Positions 14,699 through 25,645 of a stretch of 64,000 bases of DNA are shown here, in pieces. Source of the stretch: Eledone cirrhosa (Eukaryota); contig OZ024746.1 in the NCBI GenBank assembly GCA_964016885.1, positions 83,638,001-83,702,000 on the forward strand. The letters run 5' to 3'. The first letter of the stretch is position 1, and each line of letters starts with the position of its first letter. Position numbers and translations under genes: made by a program. The notes beneath the pieces were generated by a model, which was given only the letters and a program-made list of their open reading frames with translations, did not search any database and was not told where the DNA came from.

Positions 14699-15059
14699 CA
14701 TTTCTCACCAATAGAGAGACAGCCTGTATCTAACACAGACTAGACTCTTTCATTGGAATATAGATATCAACTAGGTAAATGTATATGGGATTGTATAGGC
14801 TAAACTTCTGGAATATTTTACATTTTTGCAGTGTTATTAATGACTTAGCTTATTGTTTCTCACTTGGCCATGTCTTTTCTGCATTTGTGAGGCCCATCTT
14901 CTAAAGGTTGTTGTTGAAATAGCTACATAACCAAGTGCAGCAATAATTACAGGTATAAGGTTAAAGGTGGAATAACTGGAGTTTTCATTATTTCAACATC
15001 AATGTTTTCTTATTCTTTGTCTGTATGTGTGTATATATGTGCCTGTATATGTATGCATT

Positions 15060-15740
15060 GGTCTACCTCTACTGCAGCTCCTTCCACTGGAATTTCACTT
15101 CACCCAGTGACCACACATCCCCATACCAATACAGTCTTCTCTCTTGTACATCACCTCAGATTCCTCTTAAACCCAACTTCTCCCTCAACTTATCCAAGCT
15201 CTACCTTTCCCTCACACTTACATTGCACATCCATCGAAGCATGTCCTCTGCAGTCACAGCCCATGTTTCATTACCATGCAACATTGCACTTAGCACACAG
15301 GCATCATGCAGTCGTCTTTTTATATGTAAGGAGAAACCTTTTGTGGTTAACAGTGGTAGTAGCTCTCTAAACTTTTTCCATTATCCTTTTTCTAGCTATC
15401 ATACTCTCAGAGCACCCTCTTCCATTGCTAATTAAGTCGGCTAGCTAGTAGAAGCTATTAACCACTTCTACGGGCCCTTTCTATGACTGGAAAAGGTTTA
15501 TATAACTGGCACTCTTTCCCTCATTTCCCCTTGTGTATCTTCTACACGCAAAGTCTCTCTTTCCTGTTAGTCTATCCATTATTCCACTACATTTCTTATG
15601 TACCCAAGATTTACATTGTGTACGCCATATGGAGTTTATGCCTACCCTTTTTCTACATATTGAGCAGAGCCACATCCCTGAAGGGCTCAGGGTCTTATCT
15701 TCTTTCTTACTCACTAGCATGGCAAGGTGGCACCAGAAAA
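15060..15740 (-). mobile_element. RTE-clade LINE remnant (PHD-like finger + RT C-terminal region)
   Basis: Minus strand gives WLCSICRKRVGINSI..QCKSWVHKKCSGI..FAC and GFSLHIKRRLHDACVLSAMLHGNETWAV..MLRWMCNVS, typical of RTE ORF2. Confidence 0.8.
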
Positions 15741-15973
15741 GGCATATGACTATAAAACATTTCCTCAAAAACGACCCCATAATGAGTATAAAACTTGTTG
15801 CGGGCCCTTCAGAGAAAATTGCTTTACATCCACTTTCCCATGCTTGCCTGGGTTGGGTGGAAAGTTTTGAGACAATGTTTTACAGCCGGATGCTCTTCTT
15901 GATGCCAACCCTTTTTGTTGCCTCTTATAACATGCAAGGATATAGTGTATCTATTTTAAAAATCAGGATATAT

Positions 15974-16180
15974 ATATGAAAAGATTCAGGACCCCGGTGG
16001 CTGAGTTCTGGCTGTTTTGACAGCTAGATCTGAACTAAGCCACCAGTATCTAGCTGTCAAAACGGCCGGAGCTCAGCCTTCGGGGTCCTGTATCTTTTCA
16101 TATTACCCTCTCTACTACCCCAAGTATCAAGTACTCTTGTGCGTTATGTTCCCCCTGGTATCTTACCACACCTTCTTTGT
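15974..16180 (+). mobile_element. (TA)n-embedded Penelope-type pLTR remnant: 56-bp inverted arms + 77-nt tail
   Basis: Arms 15974-16029 and 16048-16103 (6 differences). Tail 16104-16180 is homologous to the reverse complement of 39288-39365. (TA)n on both sides. Confidence 0.7.
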
Positions 16181-16237
16181 TATATATATATCTATACATA
16201 TATATATATAAATAAATAAATGTTTCTTCTATTGCAG

Positions 16238-16477
16238 ATTTTGTGTACTCACTTTGGAGACAGTGTCTAAGAAGAAATTCAAGTGGACTGTTTCCTTTGC
16301 CTTTTGGAAGCTGTGGATTTGACTTCTACATTCTCTGCTTTGTCTGTTTCGTGGTTGCCAAGGACATATTTTCTGTCTCTTATTGGCTCACCACAAGACA
16401 TGAACCATACAATACAAGAGAACCACCAACGTTCTTTATATGTAGATGATGGACATGACACCATGTTGATTATGCAG
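16238..16477 (+). pseudogene. Candidate exon C (240 nt, phase 0-0) with one in-frame TAA
   Basis: Strong acceptor TTTCTTCTATTGCAG and donor CAG|GTAATG. Reads ILCTHFGDSV*EEIQVDCFLCLLEAVDLTSTFSALSVSWLPRTYFLSLIGSPQDMNHTIQENHQRSLYVDDGHDTMLIMQ. Confidence 0.5.
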
Positions 16478-16696
16478 GTAATGTTTACCTTATTCTGATT
16501 TTTCATATGAAATGGGCTCTTATTATTAAATATATTTTCTCTATTATTATTATTGTTACTAGCATAGTATCTATTAAAGAAAAAAAAAAAAAAGATGGTG
16601 GCTTCTTTCTGCTTCTATTCAGAGATTCTTAACTATTCTGATACCAACTCATCCAAAACCAGCTCTGGTTCTATGAAACAAAACCACCCATTTTAA

Positions 16697-16910
16697 TCCT
16701 TTAACATTCACATTACTCTATATTTACTATTATATTTTTGCAGCAAAGGCTCACATAATTAGCTCACATAATATTGAATCTATGAGATTTTGATATCATT
16801 TATTTTGAGAACAATACCTTAATGTTGGATGAGCAGCTGGTTACAGCCAGTTTGAACAGAAAGAGGTGAGAGAATTCTGGCCATATACGGCCGGTTTAAA
16901 TGCTAAAGGG
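16697..16910. mobile_element. piggyBac-type MITE, family B, nested in a family A MITE
   Basis: TIRs TCCTTTAACATT / AATGCTAAAGGG with TTAA duplicated at 16693-96 and 16911-14. The flanks rejoin into the family A sequence seen near 3290. Other family B copies at ~18295-18494, 50351-50577 and 61120-61290. Confidence 0.75.
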
Positions 16911-17416
16911 TTAAAGGGTTTCTATTTATATTAGAATATTCCAACATAATTTTATATTGGAACCATATATTAATTTAGTATCTTAGTAATGAAATAAGTA
17001 ATCATTTTAGTAAATCCCCCAAAAATTTTCATTAACTAATTGAAAGAGTGTATTCTATCATCATCATCATCATCATTGTTTAACATCCACTTTCCTTACT
17101 AGCAAGGGTTGGACAGGTCTACATAGACCAAGCCAGTACTGAAGCAGAGCTAATGACTTCATAGACTGGCTGGGGAGTCAGCATCTCACTTACATATGGT
17201 TTTACATGGGAAGCTGTCATGTCTTTGACACAACTGAAGAGTCCTCCCAACCCTTTGTTTAGTAGGCTTTCTATGATTGGATACTCTTCTTATCACCAAC
17301 CACTTTACAGAGTGTACTGGGTGATTTTATTGCATAGATCCCCAATACTAGGGAGCCTGTCATGTCCTTTAAGGTATATTTTCACAAAAGAGTTAATGTT
17401 TTTCCTTCAAAGCTTG

Positions 17417-17590
17417 CATCGGTAGAGGGTCAGACGCCATGCTTTGATGCATAGAGTTACGGCCCTTGCCATTTTGAGTTCAAATCCCGCCGAAGTTAAC
17501 TTAGCCTTTCATCCTTACGGGGTCGATAAAATAAAGTACCAGTAATACACTGGGGTAATTACTGGCCTTGTGCCAAAAGTAGAAACAATT
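17417..17590 (+). mobile_element. tRNA-derived SINE
   Basis: Same family as 2488, with ATT tail. Confidence 0.85.
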
Positions 17591-18778
17591 ATTATTCTGG
17601 TTATGGTAGTAAATTGGTAGACTCATCAGAACAATTTTCTGGTATTTATTCTGGCTTGAAACATTGTGTGTTTAAATCACATCAAGGTTACATCTACCTC
17701 TCATTTGTATAGGGTTGATAAAATGAATTGCCAGTCACATACTGGAGTTGATTTAATCAAATACTGCTGAAGTCATCTTTATCTGTAATCCTTCTGTTCT
17801 CAATAGAGTACCATTCAAAATGTACTGTAGTGTGAGAACAACAATTATTATGGCTATTTGACACCTTTTTTTAAAAAGTAATTTAGTATGAAATTATGTG
17901 CCTGACTCACTTAACACACCTCTCTGACTAATGGGCGTGTCATATTTCTAGATTTAAAAAATATATTTCTTCAGCATAATAAAGCAATTTCATACTTTTT
18001 CACCGATTGTCTAAAAGAAAATATTTGTGTTGACTAAACCATTATCTTAAAAAATATTTTATGAACATTATTGTCAGGGTTTTTTTTTTGTTTAATTTTT
18101 TTTTTTTTTTGCATTGTACTTTTACCGATGAGACATTTTGTTTAATTTTTTATTTTCTCCTATTTACAATTTATCTTTTGGTTTAGTTTAAGAAGTCATA
18201 ACACTAGAATTAGATAATTTTTTAAAATTAAAATATAATGGTTGGTTGAGACTATTAACACTTTTCCTTCCTTCCTTTATTTATTTATTTATTTATAAAC
18301 TGGCCATATCCATCCAGAATTCTCTTTCCTCTTTCTATTCAAACTGGCTGTAACTGGTTACTCATACTGATGTTTAGGTACTGTTCTTAAAATAAATAAT
18401 ATGAAAATCTCATAGATTCAATATTATGTGAGGTAAGGCCTTAACCATGAAAATATAATAGTAAATATAGAGTAATGTAAATGCTAAAGGGTTAAGGATT
18501 ATTATTGTCCTGCCAGCTCGGAGCAAGTCATGTATAGATACTGGGTTTGAATTATGTAGAATGCTGTTGTAGGTGAACATTGTCAAATGTTTTGAATACC
18601 AGGACTTTCCCAGTTTCAGAAGCTTTTTTACCCTTTTTATACCCACCTGCCCAAAACTGCCTCTGGTTTTATTTAAACACAACCACCCATTTTTAAGGGT
18701 TCCTATTTAAGTTGAAACTTTCCAGCTTGATTTGATATAAGAACTTTTTGTTCAATTATGTTACAAATACTATCGTAA

Positions 18779-18956
18779 TAATTGTTTCTACTTTTGGCAC
18801 AAGGCCAGCAATTACCAGTGCATTACTGGTACTTTATTTTATCTACCCCGTAAGGATGAAAGGCAAAGTTAACCTTGGCGGGATTTTAACTCAGACCGTA
18901 AAGAGACGTAACTATGCTGGAAAGCATGGCGTCCGACCTTCTACTGATACTGCCAT
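18779..18956 (-). mobile_element. tRNA-derived SINE
   Basis: Reverse complement of the 2488 family. Older minus-strand copies at ~7290-7505, 8365-8525, 26200-26355, 58330-58480 and 63020-63165. Confidence 0.8.
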
Positions 18957-20474
18957 AATGAAATACTTTTAGTAAATCTCTTCAAATTCTTCATGAATTA
19001 ATTCAAAGAGAAATACAGCAATGAGATGATTAAAGTATCAAATTGTTGTCTCTCACTTGCATTGTCTTTTGTATATTTTAGCATAATTCCTCTCCAAAAT
19101 AACTAACATTTTTATTACACAATGAAAAGCACTCAGTCTATACTGTAAGGTGGTAGGGCCAGGGTCATGATTATATGTTCCTACTCAGGCATAGTAACCA
19201 AGCCAAAAACAAATAAGACATAGTAACACAAGCAGTCAGCCTCAGTATGTGACAGTCTAACCTATGTAAGCATGGAAAATAGATGTTAAATGGTGATGAT
19301 GATGATAAGGTCTAACTGCAGTCAACGTTTGTTCTATAAATACAGCTTGAGCAAATCCAAAGATTCAGTTTTAAATGACCTTTAGAAATGTTAATAATAA
19401 ATTCAATTGAAATATATTGTAAAATTTTATGATTACTGGTGAACAAGATTAAGAAAATTCTACAAATAAAAGAGATAATGTTTAAAAATCTTTCTTTTAA
19501 GAATGCCTACTATCTCAATTTTACACCCATTTGAAGCATTTCTCTTTTACATGTAGTATTATCATGAATCTTTGAGCTTCCAGGAATGGTGAGAACATGC
19601 TAAGATAAAATACCTCACTCAAGTTCTTAATGTGTATTTTTGTTTCATATATAATATGCTTAAATACTTAAGCAATAAATAAGATAGCATGAACTGTGAG
19701 GCCATTTTCAAACCGGAAACATCCAGCCTGATTCATGTAATAAGCACAGCAGTTAATCTTGAAGTTGAGCCAAGGATATAGTTTCACTGTTGGCCATGGT
19801 TGAATTCTGAAACCTGCAAATTTTCTAACCTTTGCCCATTGCTCTGAGTGTTCCATTGATGCTGCTGGCTTGAAGGTGACTTGACATCAGTTGAGAGAGA
19901 GAGGGCGAGAGAGAGAGAGAAAGCGAGCTAGAGGGAGAGAGTTAATTAATGCCCCAATGACAAGTATTGCCATTCAGTTGTATTATTTCCATAACTTTAT
20001 TCCAGTTTACCTGACTGGCAAAACAGGTTCTACTCCTAATTCACAGTCCAGTTATTATTGGTTGGCAGGGTATCCAGCTGTAAAAACAATTGATTAAAAA
20101 AACAAGCAAAAATAATATCTACCTCACCCAGGGAGAATGAGGTGGAAAATATCATAAACAAAACAAACATTATAATGTAACAATACAAAATAGCTAAGTA
20201 GTGAAACATCTGACTTTAGTTTAGTTACAATTTTCAGCTAAGGTTTAACTATAGCTTGGTTCTTCAGCAGCTTGCTAATTACTGAAATTCAATGAGTAAA
20301 ATAATATTTACAAAATTGTTCAGTTATTAGTTCTAACATTAGCACTTGACTAAAGTTTACTGAACATGAGAATATGAAATCTCTGATAAAGGGCTGTTAT
20401 ATATATTTATATATATTATGTATGTGTGTATGTATGTATGTATGTATGTGTGTGTGTGTGTATATATATATGTA

Positions 20475-20508
<34 letters not shown>

Positions 20509-20536
20509 TATATGTGTGTGTGTGTGTATATATATG

Positions 20537-20576
<40 letters not shown>

Positions 20577-21394
20577 AAGCCAACTTACAATTTGAGAAGT
20601 CTGATTCAATTACAGTCTTTATATTTAACTCAATATCCAGCCTCCTTTTCCCAGGACTTCATCTCTCTGCAACTAATTACCTATCCACATCTCTTAAACT
20701 ACTAATTAGCCTTCTACAGATCAAATCAAATATTAATTGCTTTAACTCTTTTGTTACTAGATTTCTAAAAAGGATATTACCTATAATTTTCAAACAATAT
20801 TGAAAATAATCAAGAATTTGGAGTGATTTAGTTACATAACTAACTTTCTCATTATTTATCTGGAGCATAACTTAACAAAGGTTCTTACACAAAATTGTGA
20901 TGGAAGTTTTTTTTAGATAAATATAAATACTTTAAAAGAAACAGTTTTGTATCTTAGACTCAAGGGTGGTTTCAGGCAGATTCTTATCAGAAGAGTTAAA
21001 GATAGTTACTTGCATCTAGCCCTCATAGTTTGAAAATAGTATGCCATGACCAAATGCTTAACATGAACAAATAAACCAAATTACTTATGGAAACTATAAA
21101 CCTTTTCTTGTTTTTGTTGTTTATGGTTATTGGCCCAAATATTATTGATTCAATGTAATATAATTCTCGTAAAAGCACTTGATAGTTTGGTTCAGCTTAA
21201 CTGACTTTATGGTACTCTATCTCTACTGTTGTAATTTAGACTAGATATCATGAATTAATAGGTCACCTTGTTTCATATTTCAATGGGGCTTTTGCTTTCA
21301 TCATATCTATTTTAAATGTTATTTATCTTTTCCCACTTTTGTTGCATGGAAAAATAATTTAATCAAACCAGTGTCCTCATTTTAGTTGTTATGC

Positions 21395-21590
21395 ATGCAC
21401 CTATGTATGCATGCATGGTCCCATAACTCCTAAGGGAGTTGTAGTGGTGTTGTATTGACATGCTGTTTCTTAGGGTATTTTAAAACCTGATAGAGCCCAT
21501 CTCCTCTCCCAGTCTGAATACAGCAGATTTCTTCCAGAGAAGAATGGAGAGTGTGAGAGAATGGAAGTGAGTAGAGATATATGCAGGAGT
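21395..21590. repeat. Unclassified ~200-bp interspersed repeat
   Basis: TTTTAAAACCTG..GAGCCCA..TCTGAATACAGCAGATTTCTTCCAGAGAAG is shared with ~26015-26195 and ~54715-54865. Confidence 0.7.
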
Positions 21591-22633
21591 GTTTCAGCTA
21601 TTGTACTCTCTATCCATCTTCAGGTGCCAGTTATATGAGGCAGCATACATCATCACCATTTTACATCTATTTTCCATGCTTGCATGGGTCAGACTGGTTG
21701 TCACAATGTACTGAGGCTAGACAGGTCAGGTGACCATGCCTTGCTGCTATGCTCCGTTTTTGGCTTGGTTTGTATGGCTGGATACCCTTCCTCATGCCAA
21801 CCACTTTATGGGATGTACTGGCAACATTTTATCATGTCTCCCACACTACCACCTTTCAAGGTTAACCAGGTACTTTTTGTTATGGCACCACACTACCATC
21901 TTACAGTGGGAATTAGGTGCTTTTATTGTGGCACCAGCACTGGGAAGGCATTGATGGGAAGAGGAGGGGGTTCATATCACTATAGTAGAAGTGTTGGGTC
22001 ATAGAGGTGGCCTAGAAGAGAGTGAGGTGTGTCTTGGTGGTATATTGTGAAGCATGCCTAACTTTCAATGCTGGCAGGGATTAGACAAGGAAAGTAAATT
22101 AAGGGTGTTTAGGGAGTCAAGAGAAAATACTTTTCTTTAATATTTTATTCCTTTTTGGTTGGACTTGGAAAAAATGAAGTGAATGGCTCTCCATGCTGGC
22201 ATGGGTTGGACGTGAAAAGGCTAAATCCATGCTGACATCAGTTGCACATGAATTTTAAACTGGACTCTTTATTCTAACTACAAGGGTAGAGTGTTCTCAT
22301 TTTGTTGTCCATGCTTGGATTATCTTCATATTAGTTTCTTGTAATGTCACTTACTTATTTCATTTAAACTAGAATATATATGGAGTACTGACCCAGCACT
22401 TAAACACATGGTTATCACAGCTAAACTGTAGCACTTAACACTTAACTGACACTTATATTGACACTATGCTATTGTATTATATTTAAATTAGGAGCTTTAA
22501 ACCTAACTTTACTTTTCATTTATATTTCCAACTCTTGCCAGCATAGACAAATGAATGTAAAAATGATAATGATGAGGATTTTATGGTCTTACAGTTAATG
22601 TTGTTTCTCTCTTAATCAAAGGCTCACACATGC

Positions 22634-22666
<33 letters not shown>

Positions 22667-22675
<9 letters not shown>

Positions 22676-23231
22676 GTTGAGAAGGTAACACACCAGAGAG
22701 AGATATATAGTGCGTTATCAATAATACAGGGAAAAAACCACCAGTGTATGGAATCTATAACCTATGAAAGGCAGACTATAGACACGATAATTAAAAATAT
22801 AAATTAAAGCGTAAATAAATACCTCTATAACTATATAACACACGTACAAATCCAAAGATATGTTTCACCAAAAAATTTGTTGAAAGAAATGGTCTAGTCT
22901 CGGTTCATCAGCATGTGTAAGGCCATACATTTCAGACAACACTAAGAGAATTTTACAATTGACTGTCCAGCTACACGTGGGAGAGAGTTATAGAGGTATT
23001 TATTTACGCTTTAATTTATATTTTTAATTATCGTGTCTATAGTCTGCCTTTCATAGGTTATAGATTCCATACACTGGTGGTTTTTTCCCTGTATTATTGA
23101 TAACGCACTATATATCTCTCTCTGGTGTGTTACCTTCTCAACATATTATATTTTAAAGGGCTCAGGATCTCTTCCCCTTTGAGCACATTATTTACAGGGA
23201 ATAACGACAGCCTATGCCTCCGTTAATTTAT

Positions 23232-23235
<4 letters not shown>
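22667..23235. mobile_element. Non-coding Penelope-type element: perfect 166-bp inverted arms, ribozyme in the spacer, 84-nt tail, inside (TA)n
   Basis: 22667-22832 is the exact reverse complement of 22986-23151 by eye. Long (TA)n tracts on both sides. Confidence 0.8.
22838..22918 (-). ncRNA. Type I hammerhead ribozyme
   Basis: Minus strand: ACACATG-CTGATGA-ACCGAGA...TTTTGGT-GAA-ACATATC(TTTG)GATTTGT-A-CGTGTGT. Canonical core, stems I-III pair (with G.U and one U.U), GUA cleavage triplet. Confidence 0.85.
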
Positions 23236-23281
<46 letters not shown>

Positions 23282-23283
<2 letters not shown>

Positions 23284-23631
23284 AGGCATATGGCTTAGTG
23301 GTTAGAGCATTGGCCTTGCAATCGAAAGATTGTGAGTTCAATTCTCAGACCGAGTGATGTGTTGTTTCCTTGAGCAAGACACTTTATTTCACATTGCTCC
23401 AGTTTACTCAGCTGTAGAAATGAGATGATAAGGACTGGGGTCCATATCATTCCACTGCAAAGTGGTCGTGTAGGTGCCACGGCAAAAAAGCACCCAGCAC
23501 TCACTGTAAATGAGGTTGGTATTAGGAAGGGCATCCAGCTGTAGAAATCAAGCCAGAATCAGTTCCCGTCCCACCCTTGCAAGCAGGGAAAAGGGGACTT
23601 AAAATGATGATGATGATGATGATGATGATGA
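23282..23631 (+). mobile_element. tRNA-derived CORE-like SINE with RTE-type tail ending in (GAT)n
   Basis: TGGCTTAGTGG A box, GAGTTCAATTC B box, TCCTTGAGCAAGACACTT CORE-like motif, then AGGAAGGGCATCCAGCTGTAGAAA..(TGA)n. The tail family recurs at ~11345-11560, 21650-21940, 23657-23910, 27750-27885 and 47355-47706. Confidence 0.7.
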
Positions 23632-24169
23632 GATATATATATATATATATATATATATCATCATTTAACGTCCATTTTTCCATGCTGACATGGGTTAGAC
23701 GAGTTATCCTGTTGTGAGCAATGCTAGGTCAGGTGACCATGTCATGCTCATACAGAACCGATTTTGGCTTGGTTTCTACAGCTGGATGCCCTTCCTGGTG
23801 CCAACTTTATTTACAGTGAGTACTGGGTACTTTTTGCCATGGTACCTACATGACCATTTTACAGTGTGTGCTGGGCACTTTTTGTCGTGCTACCATCACA
23901 ACCACTTTATGCTAGGTCAAATGATTCTTTCAATCATCTTATCTCCTAGTGTTGTTTCCTACCTGTTATCTTGACTTAGTTCCACAAGTGATCAGCCTGA
24001 CTGATTTTTCTGTCTCCTCATGGATTACAGTGTTATAGTGTTCCTTTAGCCTTACTTCTAGGGACTGTACACTCTCAACTTTATATTCCCCGCCACTGTA
24101 GCTTTTCACAGGTCATTATACAATTCTCCATAAACAACTGAATCAGTTGAGAAGAACTGAGCATAAGTC

Positions 24170-25645
24170 ACACCTCCATTTTATATACAACATTTACAAT
24201 GTACCACATATTTTGAAATGGAGTTTTGATGGTCTAGTTGTATGTTTTTTTTTTCATTGTATATTCTTGAAAAAAGGTGCAACATGAATAAATACAGTAC
24301 TTGTTTTACACAATGACTGAAATTAAGATTTATTGACTAACTGTGAAAGCCATTTAAACAGGAAGCTGCAATTGCACAAGGATGAATGGCTGTGGTATTG
24401 GAAAGTCTGTTTAATTCTTGTTATATTGACATGTTCTTCATATTGGTCACCTGTAATAATGGAATCTTTAATTTAATCATGCATTCATGTAAATGGCTTA
24501 TTAAAATTTTCCTTCCATTATAAATACCATTAGTCTTATTTAATTGTTGCTGTAGCTTTAAAACTTGCATCTTTTTCATGGTCAAAGTATGGATGAGACT
24601 TTTCCATTGGATAATTCTATAGATTGGTTGTCTTTATCATCACAGGAATCAATGTTTTTGTTAGTGACTGGTTCTCTGTTAAACATGTTAAATTCCTCAT
24701 TTATAGAATCAACAACAATATTGGTTTGTCTGTAGAGTTTGCAGGATCCAATGGTCCTCCAAAAATTTGATTTGTCATTCAATGTTCAACCCAAATACCA
24801 TTTGGAAGCTGGGTCTTGCTATAAGTCCAGTTGTTCCTCTTGTTTTCAAACAAAAAATCAACCCAACCATTTTCCTCTCAATTCTATAGTTGCATATTCA
24901 GTTTTGTTACTCTCTTTTAAAATAAAAAATGGCCTCTAACAATGTTCATGATAGCAGCTCTAGCAGCATCCTTTAACATCTAGAAATAATCTAGCAGGAA
25001 ATAATAAAAAAAAAAAAAAAATGGGTTTGTTAATTCAAATGTTTATAGTTTGTTTACAAGCAGTGAAATACTTTTGTGAAAATTTTCAGAAACTAAAGTA
25101 ACAAATTTTATTTTTAATATGATAGTCATAGTGCTGTGGCACAGGATGTTAAGTGTTAAGATAGTAAGTGTTAGTCAAAAATCACATAGCCCTATGGCTT
25201 TGTTACCAAAAAGTAAATCATTTTATAAAGGACCGTGAAATGTGTGATCAATAGCTTTGTATACATACCTCAACATTTGTGCTATCCTAACAGATGAAAC
25301 CAAAATCACATCTGTGCCAGTTTGCCTTGGACATCAATATTGTTGAATGGAAATTGGAATATGGAAAGTTGAATGAGTTGTAGAACAACTTTTGTAGATC
25401 AATGCAACCAGTGTTGTAAATGTAGCAGTGAGAATTGGTTTATCCAAACTTGCTTCCATGTACTCAATAAGTGATCAATTGAAATATGTCTTTCCGGAGC
25501 TGCCAGTAAACATCAACAAAAAATTATTTAACTAGGGTCGTTGCTCTGTATGGAATCCATTAAGATGTCAAAAGCATATCATTGCTCTTGGTTCAATGTT
25601 TCTTTTCAACTGTTTGCTGTTTGCTTCAGTTCTCTGTCTAAAGGT
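24170..25645 (-). mobile_element. Decayed Helitron PIF1-family helicase
   Basis: Minus strand, with stops and frameshifts: TLNQEQ.YAFDIL, Walker A-like TGSSGKTY, TTHSTFHIP, YKAIDHTF..LLFGNK, SIITGDQYEEHVNITRIK, PFILVQLQLPV*MAFTV..NKS, NVVYK. These are PIF1 motifs in the right order. Confidence 0.8.
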
